Under the pieces are notes generated by a model, which was given only the letters and a program-made list of their open reading frames with translations, was not told where the DNA came from and searched no databases. A program made the position numbers and the translations under genes. Of a stretch of DNA of 64,000 bases, positions 50,403-60,514 are shown one piece after another. Position 1 is the first letter of the stretch; each line of letters opens with the position of its first letter. The stretch is from a virus: positions 1 through 64,000 of IMG/VR virus record IMGVR_UViG_3300037245_003482. One strand, 5' to 3'.

Positions 50403-50586
50403 GAGCACATTGGAAGGTGACATTGTAGTATATATGACCGCAGGAAGGACCAACTCCCAATATGGGCGAAGGAAAGTACTGGACAGGGGTTGGAAAAGCT
50501 ACAAGCATTGCATTGGTTTAATGTAACCTGGGATGCCAATGCGGGTGCCCCTTGGTACCAACAAGGGGGCGCCTTCCAATGTGCTT
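50403..50586 (+). ncRNA. Multibranch ncRNA of about 185 nt
   Basis: 17-bp terminal stem plus three internal arms; starts about 9 nt after the TATAAT motif. Confidence 0.7.
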
Positions 50587-50609
50587 TATCATTTAAAGGC
50601 TAATATGAA

Positions 50610-50683
50610 CGTGATGTAGCTCAATTGGTGGGGCGCCTTGCTTATAGGTAAGGAAGTAGGTGGTTCGATTCCATCCATCGCGG
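50610..50683 (+). tRNA. tRNA, probably Ile(UAU), with an atypical 8-nt anticodon loop and no encoded CCA
   Basis: CGTGATG-TA-GCTC/GGGC D arm-CCTTG/TAAGG-GGTGG TTCGATT CCATC-CATCGCG. Confidence 0.8.
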
Positions 50684-50701
50684 CTTTTTAAAGAGGATAA
50701 T

Positions 50702-52352
50702 ATGACCCACAATGAAGCATATGAAAAGTACCCTGAAATAATGGGCATTAATAAACCAGCAAGAATGCCCCCACCTGTTATTTTTGAACCAGCTGAAAAT
50801 GTTACGACCCTTATATTCCTTGAGATCATACAGGCAAGGGTTACAATGTGTGAAGTGTTGGCCTATGTGCTATTAGTGCAGAAACAGGCCCCAAAGCATC
50901 ATATTATTTATTTAATGGGCACTGAGTACCAATTCCACCCGTTTGTAGGCTACCACATGTTAAATGGGGGCACAATAGAGGCACAGGACCCCATTTATAC
51001 TTATGATACGTTCTTAGCTGAATTAGATATGAGCAGGATGGTACTGGCTTCTGTTAGTTGTGGGGCAGAAGCCCATTGTTTCATAGAAAGAAGAATGGAA
51101 ATAGGGTATTAGATGTCAGAAGAACTAATAATAGTAATAGCATGGGAACAGCTGCACAAGGCCCTTATTGGCTTTCGTAGGAAAATAGGGTGCAATGTAC
51201 CCATTACCCAAATAAACTTTGATAACATAGTTACAGAGGCAAATAAGGGACTGGAAAAAGAATGCCCCGGGTGTGCTATTGAACAGTTGGATTTCCAGGG
51301 GTATTTGAAACATGGGGCTATTAAAGTTAAAAACATGGGCACTGATGAGCAATTGGGCCCAGAATGTGTTATAATAGGGTAAAAGGAGTATAAAGTGGCA
51401 GATGAAAATGAAAAAGAAGCAATTGTAGAAGGAAAAGAAGAGGCTATTGATGCCATAATTGCCATAATGAAAGGGTGTAAATGCGATAAGGAAGCAGCCA
51501 TTGTGCTATTGAAGAGGGGGCAGGCAATCATACTACAGGCCTATGATACTGTTACTGAGGAAGAAATACAAACTGAACTGATACGGAGGGCATAATGCCA
51601 AAGTTTAAGAAAGGTGATACAATACGGGTGCATACACCAGATTTAATCAACGCCCTTTGTGCAAAAAGGGGAGCCATTGGTAAAATACACCATTTGTCAC
51701 TATATGGAGGAGGGGCTTACGTCAAGTTTCCAGGGTACCGAGGACTGCATTTAATTTACAACAGGGAAGCCTGTGTTATTGTGCAACCAAGCACCAGCCC
51801 AGCAGCTGCAACAATGATTGTGGGGGCCTGGTAATGCCCTTTGAACAAGCAGATGATGGTGAAATCTGGGAAGATGGCACAATGTACACGGATGACATTT
51901 GTGGGGAATGTGGCAATGAGCCTGAAGATTGTGAATGTGATGAGGAGGACTAAATGAAACAAAATTCCAAATTAGAAATAGCCCTGGGTATTGCAATGGT
52001 GTTATTTATTGCTATAAGCATGGGCATAAATTGCAGCTTCCAGAATGCAGTGGAAATTGATACCACAGTGGATACAACGCCCACAATGCACCATACAATT
52101 AGTGATTTTACTATTTATGATTATAATGTGCAATAAGGTGCGGGTATGAAATTAGTACCTGGGTGCAATTACCATACAACATGGCAAAAAGACAAAGCAA
52201 TGCGTTTTGTACTTGCCTATGTGGAAAAGGATTGGGCCATATTATTCACCAGGGGCACAAGGAAGTTATTTTGGTGTAGAGTTAAAGACCTTATTTTCAT
52301 TGAAACAAAGTACAATATTGAAAAAGGTGTTAAAATCCTGGAGCCGGGATAA
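50702..52352 (+). other. Array of small hypothetical ORFs
   Basis: ORFs starting at 50702, 51113, 51395, 51595, 51834, 51954, 52146 with RBS or coupling. Confidence 0.65.
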
Positions 52353-52382
52353 GGGCCCCCTGTAGTGAGGTGTCACTGCAAT

Positions 52383-52420
52383 GGTCCCCTGTGTTTGAAT
52401 AGGCGCATAGGGGCCTTTTT
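52383..52420 (+). terminator. Intrinsic terminator
   Basis: GGTCCCCTGTGT...GCATAGGGGCC-TTTTT. Confidence 0.7.
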
Positions 52421-52428
52421 ATTTTGTA

Positions 52429-52473
52429 TTTTTTAAAAAAGTGTTTGCATTTCCTTTGCGGATTGGTTACTTT
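52429..52473 (+). promoter_or_regulatory. Sigma70-type early promoter (copy of 27444)
   Basis: T6A6-gtgt-TTGCAT-17bp-TACTTT. Confidence 0.7.
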
Positions 52474-52500
52474 AGTAGAAAGGGAATAAAGGAGTAGGGT

Positions 52501-54601
52501 ATGTGTAACATTTGCCACGAAACAACAAATGAGAAAGAGGTGTATGATAGGCATTGTAATAAGGTGCACCCAACATGCCTGGACAACTATAATTTATGGG
52601 ATGTGGATTCTGCCTATCATTACCAATTTGAAGCGGCTAATGATAAAGAGGCTTTGGAAAAAGCGGCTGCCTTCTTACAGGAACATAAAAGTGAGTACAG
52701 GCAGAAAAATGTGGTGCAGAACATAACAGGAACCATTTTATATACTGGGGCACTTACTGCCAAGAATGTACATTATTCTGTGTTTGAATGTTGCAGTACA
52801 GTGGGGGAAGTATGATTGAGGAATTTCTTGAAGTAGGGGACCGCTGTAGTGTTAAAGGGTGTACTGGGACATTGGATGCCATTTACAAGGGTGATAAATG
52901 CACATGCAAGTGTGACAACCCACCTAATCTTCCATGTTGGTACTGCAGTAGATCTGTTCCTAAATGTGATACTTGTGGAAACAAGCCAAATGGGGGCAGC
53001 GTATGAACGCACAGAATGTATCCAAGAGCCTTAAAGGACTAATAAAAAGAAGGGTCAACACAACCCTAATGGAAATAGATTATAGTGCTAAACTAAAGGA
53101 AGTGTCCATTAAAACACACCCTGCATTCAAACGCATTGTTTTCACAGGCCTCGGTATGGAAATTGAAAAAAGGGAAGATGGCTGCAATTGCTACATTGGG
53201 CCAATACCAACCCACATAATAACCAGGGCAACTGATGTGGAAATACTTGCATGGGCCAAGAAAGACGAAGGTGCAATAATAACCTATTGGGGAAACTATG
53301 AGCACAATTAAATTAAAAACTAAATGGGCCCAATGCAAAACAAGCACAGTATGGGAAAATGAACATGATGTAAGGGTGCATATATCGGGTGAACTTATTA
53401 GAATACCTGGTTTTAAGCCACAGGAGACAGCGGCCATCGGCCTAACAAAATACAAAAAGGAAGCTGGTTACTACTGGGCTCTGAAAGCAACAGGGGGGCA
53501 ATACAAAAAGGGCCCTTATGTGTATGGCAGAAGAGTTCTACAAGATACAGAAGTGGCAGGAGGGGTTATGCCCATAATAACAATAATAGATGACCCTGTT
53601 CCAATGAAAAGTTGGGATATTGAAACAGCTGCTGGGTTTAATGCCTGCCAGTTGGTACATAGTGCAATTAAAGCAGGGGAATTGCCCATTATGGTAGCAG
53701 AGAACTGCCGCAAAGTGCACCCAGCCATACGGGGTGTACGGGGGGCAAGCAAGCCTTTTTGGGTCCAATGTTACCCATATCTAGTTATGGAACAGGTGTA
53801 TAAGGACATGGAAGCAAAAATGCCTTTCGGGCGATGGTATAGCAAAAAGCTACTAGAAGCAGCAGAAAGGTACACAAATGCCTATATCAATAAATTAATA
53901 CAAAAACAGGAAGAAGACCTTAATAAATTTGTGTCCCCTGTTATGTTGCAGGTAAAGGAATATTACAAATGACTTTATTCATTTGTGCCTTAGTATTCAT
54001 AGGGACAACAAGTATTGCACTGTTATTATGGGCATTGTTTATGTGGCTTTGTTCCAAAATACCAGAACGGTTTTGTAAATAACTTGTTATAATAGGGGTA
54101 GGAGGAATAATGGATATAAAGCTTTTAAAAGTAGGGATGCATTGCTACGTTTTAACAACGCTGCATGGGCCAACTGACAACAGCATGGGCACAAGCGTGA
54201 CAAAGTGTGAAATAAAAAGGGTAATAAATAAAGAATACCCATTTTTATATAATGTAGAACGAGTTGATGGTATATGGGCAAAACCCAAAGGGGACCAAAT
54301 AGTGCCCACTGAGGTTTTGGATGGCTCTGCCCCTAATTCTTTAAGTATTGGGTATCATGTGGAACCTGTACCAAAGAAAGAGCCTCCCCCCGCTGCTTTT
54401 GCTGGGCACAAGAAAGGAACCCAGGTTGATTATATTGGCCCTTTGAATTCATTAAGTGGCAGGTGGACTGTGCTTGGGCATGACAAATTCGGAAAACATT
54501 TTATCCTCTACAAATTAGGAAAACCTGGTATAACAGAATACAACCCTGATTCTCCCTGCTGCAACAGGGCCCATTCTTCAGAGCTTAAAGTGGTAGAATA
54601 A
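52501..54601 (+). other. Array of small hypothetical ORFs
   Basis: ORFs starting at 52501, 52812 (Cys-rich), 53003, 53298/53568, 54110. Confidence 0.65.
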
Positions 54602-54680
54602 AAGGCCCTTTTTGTTGGATTGGGTTAATTGGGGCTAATAACCCCATTTCTTTTTATAATAGGGGTACAAAGGTGGTTTT

Positions 54681-55490
54681 ATGAGTAACAACGCATTGAA
54701 TAGATACATGGATGACATAGGCAAAACTCCCCTTATGAGCAGGGAGGAAGAAAAAAGCATAATTACAAAGGCGCAGCATGGGGACATGAAGGCCCGGAAC
54801 GCATTGATACTAGCCAATATGCGTTTAGTTGTTGCAGTGGCCCTTAAATACAAAACAAAAAGCCTACAACCTGAAGACCTGATTAGCATAGGGGCATTAG
54901 GACTTATTCGGGCCATTATTGAATTTGATAACACAAGGGGCCTTAGGTTAATTTCATATGCTGTGTGGTGGATAAGAGCTGCTATTAACCAAGATTTGAA
55001 TGATGTGGATAATCTTATAAAGCTGCCCAGTAATAATGCATACATAATAAGAAAGGCCTTATTGGAAGTTGATTTAGGGTTTGCTGTACCAAAAAAGGTA
55101 GTTGCAATGATAGAAGCCAGGGACCGCATTTTTTATTTAGATAATAATGGGCCAGAAGAGTTATCCGATTTAGGACACAAACCAAAGCCTCGTGATTTAG
55201 AGTACAAAGGGTTAGAAGACACTATAGTACAAAAAATGGGGCGTGCACAGTTTAATAAAGAAATTAAGGGTAGGATTGAAAAATTACCACCAAAGCAAAA
55301 AAAGGCACTTTCATTGTACTATGGCATAGGGTATGACCACACTTATACAGTAAGGGAAGTGGGGGAAATTCTGGGGTGTTGTAGGCAAAATGTGCATCAG
55401 CTAATGAGGCAAGGTCTTACGGGGCTACGTAGGAAACTACCAAAAAGTTATTACCTTGAAAAATTACAATCAATGACAGTAAGTGAATAA
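54681..55490 (+). CDS. Sigma-70 family factor (RpoD/RpoS-like; regions 1.2, 2 and 4)
   Basis: LNRYMDDIGKTPLMSREEE, ANMRLVVAVA, DLISIG..GL, ISYAVWWIR, TVREVGEILGCCRQNVHQ. Confidence 0.93.
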   Translation: MSNNALNRYMDDIGKTPLMSREEEKSIITKAQHGDMKARNALILANMRLVVAVALKYKTKSLQPEDLISIGALGLIRAIIEFDNTRGLRLISYAVWWIRAAINQDLNDVDNLIKLPSNNAYIIRKALLEVDLGFAVPKKVVAMIEARDRIFYLDNNGPEELSDLGHKPKPRDLEYKGLEDTIVQKMGRAQFNKEIKGRIEKLPPKQKKALSLYYGIGYDHTYTVREVGEILGCCRQNVHQLMRQGLTGLRRKLPKSYYLEKLQSMTVSE

Positions 55491-55509
55491 GGGGCTAAAT
55501 GCCCCTTTT
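55489..55509. terminator. Terminator between convergent genes
   Basis: AAGGGGC-taaat-GCCCCTTTT. Confidence 0.6.
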
Positions 55510-56030
55510 GCTTTTTATTTGTTGAAGGGCCAGTTGTAGCCTGTGTTCCCTTATATCTGCAATGGTAACAGATGCCACTGGTATATGGCACCTGCCACTT
55601 AGGGGGCATTCACAGCACTTTATTTCAATAGGGTGTAAACAATTACCCTTTTGTGCCTTTATAACATTCAGTATAGTGCTTTTATTTAATTTAACTTCCA
55701 TTTTGCCCCCCTTTAAATGGTTTCGTCGTTATAAAATTTACCATGGCCTTCAGTAGGCTGCCCATGCTGTTCAATTAGCACTTCAGCAGCTGGTATTTCT
55801 TCTTCTTCATTTAGGGGCAAGGGTGCATAGGTACCCAACAGGCCAACAGAAGGCATTCCTAAAAGTTCAATTTCAGATAGTTTCATATTCAGTACCCCAA
55901 GTATATTATTTCTATGTCTCTGATCAAAGTGCCTTCCAGGTATAAAAGATCACATGCAATTGAAACACTGGTGTGGTCTTTTGCCACTTCCACACTGTCC
56001 CCTGTTGGTATGTGTACCATTAATAACATC
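55495..56030 (-). other. Three small minus-strand ORFs (55495-55701 Cys-rich, about 55713-55886, about 55890-56030)
   Basis: Downstream of a minus-strand early-type promoter. Confidence 0.5.
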
Positions 56031-56062
56031 TAGGCACTTTACTTATTTAACTGTACCTGTTT

Positions 56063-56107
56063 AATATATATATAAATTGAAGTATTTGCAAATTGTTTTT
56101 TAAAAAA
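56063..56107 (-). promoter_or_regulatory. Early-type promoter with T6A6 element
   Basis: Minus strand: TTTTTTAAAAAA-caat-TTGCAA-17bp-TATATT. Confidence 0.65.
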
Positions 56108-56219
56108 CAATGTATTAATATAAAATTATTAGGTATAGTGTTTTTGCATAAAATGGGTGCAACATAAATAGGGGTATAATGTTTTATATTTAAAGTAATA
56201 AAAGCAAAGTAGGGTGCAT

Positions 56220-57872
56220 ATGTCTGAAGGTATGAATAAAGTCGATATGCAGGTAATGATGCAGCAGGCAATGATGATGCTGGGTCAGATTACTAATAAT
56301 GACAAACAGCAAGTCAGTGGGGCCTGGGCCGATTTACGTAATGATAGCTGGGCTAATTTCAATAGCGGTATAGGCACATCTGATGACAAATCAGAAGGCA
56401 ACACATTCACTGCAGGCTATGTTACACCTGGGTCTGTTTTTGAGGCTATGTACAGGCAAGACGGTATTTCTAAAACTATCATAAAGGCCCCTGCAAAGGA
56501 TGCCACAAAAAACTGGGTGAAAATAACAGAAGACACAGACAATAAAATATTAAATGAACTAAAACGAGTAAAAGCAAAGCAGGCATTTAGCCAATTGGTA
56601 ATACATGCCCGTAAGTTTGGTGGTGGGGCTATTTTAATCCAAACCAAAATGGGGGACGCCTTAGACCAACCTATTGACCTTAATTCAGCAACAGAAATAC
56701 AAGGGCTTAAAAATTTCCACCGCTATGACTTTGAGATTTTGGAAAGTGATATTAATAGGGATGACCCAGCAGACCCCAATTATGAAGAAGTTGAACTATT
56801 CAGGCTAAGAAAAAGGCATGGTATTGGGTTTGTTGAAATACATAGGTCCCGCCTTGTTATATTAAAAGGGGAACAGTTTGACGAAGTGAACCAGGGCAGT
56901 GGTGCAGCCGGGGGTACTTTTAATACAGCTGAAAATGAGTATTGGGGGGGCAGTGTGCTTGAGGCAATGCTTGATGCCCTTGGGTATTATGGCCTTGGTA
57001 TGAAAGCTATTTCAACAATGATGCAAGAGGCCACCATTGGTAAGTTTCTAATGGCGGGCCTGCAGGACCTTTTGGCAGATATGTCAGACAGTGAAGATGT
57101 TGAAACACAACAAAAAGCATGGAAGAAATTCAATGACCGCATTAAGGCCATGGTAATGACCAAAAGTGTGATACATTCTATTTTGCTGGATGCGGAAGCC
57201 AAAGAAGATTTCAAACGAGAACAGGTTAATTTTTCAGGTATACCAGAAGTGATGAACTTGAACCAAATGCAAATATCAGGAATGTCCAGTATACCTATTA
57301 CTAAGCTATTTGGGCGTTCTCCTGGGGGTGAAAATGCCACTGGTGAAAGTGATGCAGAAAACTATAATTCTCTTTGTATTGGGATACAGGAGGATATTGA
57401 ACCAGGTGTGCAGTTTTTAGTTGACTTAATAACCAAAGGGGAAAGTAAAAATATTGTTGATTTCAACCACCCCAAAATGCCAACAGAAGAAGAACTATTG
57501 TCAATGAAGAAAACACAGTCAGAAATTGACAAAATATATGTTGCAGACACAGGAATATTAGGAGCAGAAGAAGTTAGGGCAAGCCGTTTTGGGGGGGAGG
57601 AATATAGTTTTGATACTAGCATCCAAAGCGACAAATTACCCCCTGGCACTACTGTAGAAAGTGTTGCTGCAGAGGACGCAATAGAGGTGCAGAAATACCT
57701 GGGCACCCTTGAAGGTGTGGAACAAAAGAAACTTGATGAAAAAATAGATTATGTAATCGATGCCCTTAAAATCAAAGGATTCCATAAACTTGATGAAAAA
57801 GCGCAATATGACACGCTTAAGGCAGTGGGGCATTTCACAGAAGAACAAATACAACGTATATTAGGCGCCTAA
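56220..57872 (+). CDS. Portal protein (DUF1073-type)
   Basis: DSWAN..SGIGT..DK, AR.FGGGAI, IHRSRL, WGGSVL, IPITKLFGRSPGG.NATGESD. Confidence 0.92.
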   Translation: MSEGMNKVDMQVMMQQAMMMLGQITNNDKQQVSGAWADLRNDSWANFNSGIGTSDDKSEGNTFTAGYVTPGSVFEAMYRQDGISKTIIKAPAKDATKNWVKITEDTDNKILNELKRVKAKQAFSQLVIHARKFGGGAILIQTKMGDALDQPIDLNSATEIQGLKNFHRYDFEILESDINRDDPADPNYEEVELFRLRKRHGIGFVEIHRSRLVILKGEQFDEVNQGSGAAGGTFNTAENEYWGGSVLEAMLDALGYYGLGMKAISTMMQEATIGKFLMAGLQDLLADMSDSEDVETQQKAWKKFNDRIKAMVMTKSVIHSILLDAEAKEDFKREQVNFSGIPEVMNLNQMQISGMSSIPITKLFGRSPGGENATGESDAENYNSLCIGIQEDIEPGVQFLVDLITKGESKNIVDFNHPKMPTEEELLSMKKTQSEIDKIYVADTGILGAEEVRASRFGGEEYSFDTSIQSDKLPPGTTVESVAAEDAIEVQKYLGTLEGVEQKKLDEKIDYVIDALKIKGFHKLDEKAQYDTLKAVGHFTEEQIQRILGA

Positions 57873-57875
57873 GTA

Positions 57876-58892
57876 ATGGCAGAACCTAAAGATAGTTATT
57901 TATTTTGGCCCTTGGTGCAGCACCGGGCCAAAATGTCACCCGGTGCCCGTGCACGCACAAGGGACATTATTTACAATATGCCATGGCTATTCCCCCGCCA
58001 GGCAGAGGCAGAATATGCACGCACACTTACCAAGTATTTCCAAAGTTTAATTGATGCTTTCCTGTTATTCGTGGAACCACAATATAATCAGTGGGTTTCT
58101 GATTTCAGGGTGGATGAGTACCCAGAGGATTTACTTGCCCTTACAGCTTTTATTAATAGTGTACAGGAAGAAATATTTGGCAATGTAGAAGAGTTCAGAA
58201 CAGCATACCTATTGAAAAAAGCAACTGAAATAGATGTATTTAATGTTACACAATGGGGCAAATTTACAGGGGCAGTATTAGGGGCTGATGCAAAAACAAC
58301 CTTTATTGTAGTGCAGGAACCATGGCATAAACAGGTAATTGATAATTGGATTGACCGCAATGAAGAAGTATGGACCAATGTTACCCGTGAATTCATACAC
58401 AAAAGCACCCAGATAGTACGTGGTGGCGTGGAAAATGGCCTTTTATGGACTGATACAAGGGATAAAATATTAAAAGTGCTGCCAAAGGCTAAAGTGGGCA
58501 ACCGTAGCAACCTGGCCCGTGCCAACCTTATTGCAAGGGACCAAACAGCAAAGCTTAATGCAGGGCTCACACATAGACGCATGAATGATGCAGCTTTAAA
58601 GGCATATGAATGGCTTACAGCAGGGGATGAACGTGTGCGGGGCAACCCTGCAGGCAAATATCCAAAAGCAAGGCACAGCCACTTTATGATGAATGCCAAA
58701 GTGTTGCGCTGGGATGACAATGGTGTTATTTCAGACGATAAGGGCAAAACCTGGCGCCCCAAAAAGGGCAGGGAAGAACCAGCCCAGGCAGGTATGGCAA
58801 TACAGTGCAGGTGCACACATATACCTATTTTCAGGGAGCTACTTTCTGCTGTAGATAACCATATAGATAAGAATCCATTTCTGGCTACTTAA
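57876..58892 (+). CDS. Head morphogenesis protein (SPP1 gp7/MuF-like)
   Basis: RANLIARDQTAKLN, YEWLTAGDERVR, IQCRC. Confidence 0.92.
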   Translation: MAEPKDSYLFWPLVQHRAKMSPGARARTRDIIYNMPWLFPRQAEAEYARTLTKYFQSLIDAFLLFVEPQYNQWVSDFRVDEYPEDLLALTAFINSVQEEIFGNVEEFRTAYLLKKATEIDVFNVTQWGKFTGAVLGADAKTTFIVVQEPWHKQVIDNWIDRNEEVWTNVTREFIHKSTQIVRGGVENGLLWTDTRDKILKVLPKAKVGNRSNLARANLIARDQTAKLNAGLTHRRMNDAALKAYEWLTAGDERVRGNPAGKYPKARHSHFMMNAKVLRWDDNGVISDDKGKTWRPKKGREEPAQAGMAIQCRCTHIPIFRELLSAVDNHIDKNPFLAT

Positions 58893-59073
58893 CTCACAAA
58901 AACAAATTAGGGTAATAGCAATGTAAGTATGTACAAATACTATTTTAAAAACATATATACATAAGGCATAAAAAGTGTAATTACATCTAAAGCGAGCATA
59001 AAAATACCAATAGTTCATTAACTATTAAAATATCTTTAAAGTATGGAATTTACTTAAGTTACTGGAGCTTCAA

Positions 59074-59175
59074 GTGAAAGAATTTAGAGATGGCAACAAC
59101 AGGCAAATGCCTGTAATCCCTGAAAAGCCAAAGAAAGAACCAGAAACGACTAAAAAAGAGGTTCGTAATGGCTAA
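59074..59175 (+). CDS. 33-aa small protein (not in ORF track)
   Basis: GGAG RBS plus GTG; MKEFRDGNNRQMPVIPEKPKKEPETTKKEVRNG, overlapping the next start. Confidence 0.45.
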   Translation: MKEFRDGNNRQMPVIPEKPKKEPETTKKEVRNG

Positions 59176-60514
59176 AATCAACACCTTATTTAGTACCAAC
59201 AAAACCACAAAGAAAGTAATGCGCATGGATAGTGCTGATGCACCTTCTTATCGTATTGATACAGTTGACCGTGTTGACTTTATGGGTGGTATTGTTAATA
59301 TAGGTGAAGAAGTAGCCTGGTTCAACCACATGGGTGATGAGCGTAAAAAATATGATTACGTTCCCCTTGAAAAAAATGATGAAGGGTTTTTACTTGGGCG
59401 TGGTGTTGCAACTACAATAGGTGTATTTTCGTATCAGCAAGCAGATGGTTCAATACGTAGGGAATTACGTGCCCCAGAGCATGTGTACAACCCTGAAAGT
59501 GTAGCAACCCTTAAAATGGTACCTATTACCAATGACCACCCCACAGTGGCAGTTACAGCCGAAAATGTGGACCAGTTCAAAGTGGGTAACGTAGGTGAAA
59601 ACGTTGACGCTGACCAAATGCATGGTTTTATATCAACTTCCTTAAGTATACAACAAAAACAGGCAGTACAAGATGTTGAAGGCGGCAAACGTGGCCTTTC
59701 TTGTGGTTATACCACAGACGTTGTTGAACGCTCAGGTGTTTGGGGCGGTATGGAATTTGATGCAGTACAAACGAATATAAGATACAACCACCTGGCTATT
59801 GTGGATGTAGGACGCGCAGGTGATGACGCAGTTATGAAAATGGATGGGGCTATGGTAATTGTTAAAGTTATTGACCCTGACCCTAATACCAACAATAAAC
59901 ATATAAAAACAAAGAAAAAAACAAAAAAAGGAGACAGCATGGAAGATGAAATTACTCTGGACGGGATGACTTATAAAGTACCTGCCCATGTGAAAGTTGC
60001 ATTTGACAAAGCCGTTTCTAATGCCACTAGTGCTGAAGCTGCAAAGCAGAAAGCAGATACAGCATTGGAGACAGTTACTACCGAAAAAGAAGGGATTCAA
60101 GGCAAACTTGATGCAGCTGAAAAAGAAGTAAAAGAGCTTACAGGAAAACTTGATGCAAGTGTACCTAAAGCAGATATTGCAACTTTTGCCGCAGCAACAA
60201 AACGCATTGATGATGCAGTTGCTAAATCTAAAGCAGTTGTTGTAGATGGTGCAAGCGATCTTGACAAAAAGAAAGCTGTTATTTTAGCATTGGACAAAGA
60301 TGCCAAACTTGATGAAGCTGAAGAAGCCTACATCAATGGGCAATTTGATTACATGTGCAAAAAACTTGATCAGCTTGTAAAAGCAGATGAGACTAATACA
60401 TTAGTGCTAAAACCAAGCGCTGCAACACTGAAAGTAAAAGTAGATGGGGAAGACCAGCTTACAGCTGAACAAAAACTTGACGCCAAACTTGCAAAAAAAT
60501 GGGAGAATAAATAA
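59168..60514 (+). CDS. DUF2213 prohead protease-scaffold protein
   Basis: PITNDHP, GLSCGY, IRYNHLAIVDVGRAG; coiled-coil C-terminal scaffold. Confidence 0.9.
   Translation: MAKINTLFSTNKTTKKVMRMDSADAPSYRIDTVDRVDFMGGIVNIGEEVAWFNHMGDERKKYDYVPLEKNDEGFLLGRGVATTIGVFSYQQADGSIRRELRAPEHVYNPESVATLKMVPITNDHPTVAVTAENVDQFKVGNVGENVDADQMHGFISTSLSIQQKQAVQDVEGGKRGLSCGYTTDVVERSGVWGGMEFDAVQTNIRYNHLAIVDVGRAGDDAVMKMDGAMVIVKVIDPDPNTNNKHIKTKKKTKKGDSMEDEITLDGMTYKVPAHVKVAFDKAVSNATSAEAAKQKADTALETVTTEKEGIQGKLDAAEKEVKELTGKLDASVPKADIATFAAATKRIDDAVAKSKAVVVDGASDLDKKKAVILALDKDAKLDEAEEAYINGQFDYMCKKLDQLVKADETNTLVLKPSAATLKVKVDGEDQLTAEQKLDAKLAKKWENK

Noticed and set aside
50403-50586. RNase P, SRP or lysine riboswitch identity for the 185-nt RNA
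   Set aside because: Only fragmentary similarity (GGAAAGT, CAGGAAG, AGTA); the required partner motifs and architecture are missing
56220-57872. Anti-CBASS Acb1 label sometimes attached to this portal family
   Set aside because: No 2H phosphoesterase HxT/S motifs recognised; motifs and position fit a portal
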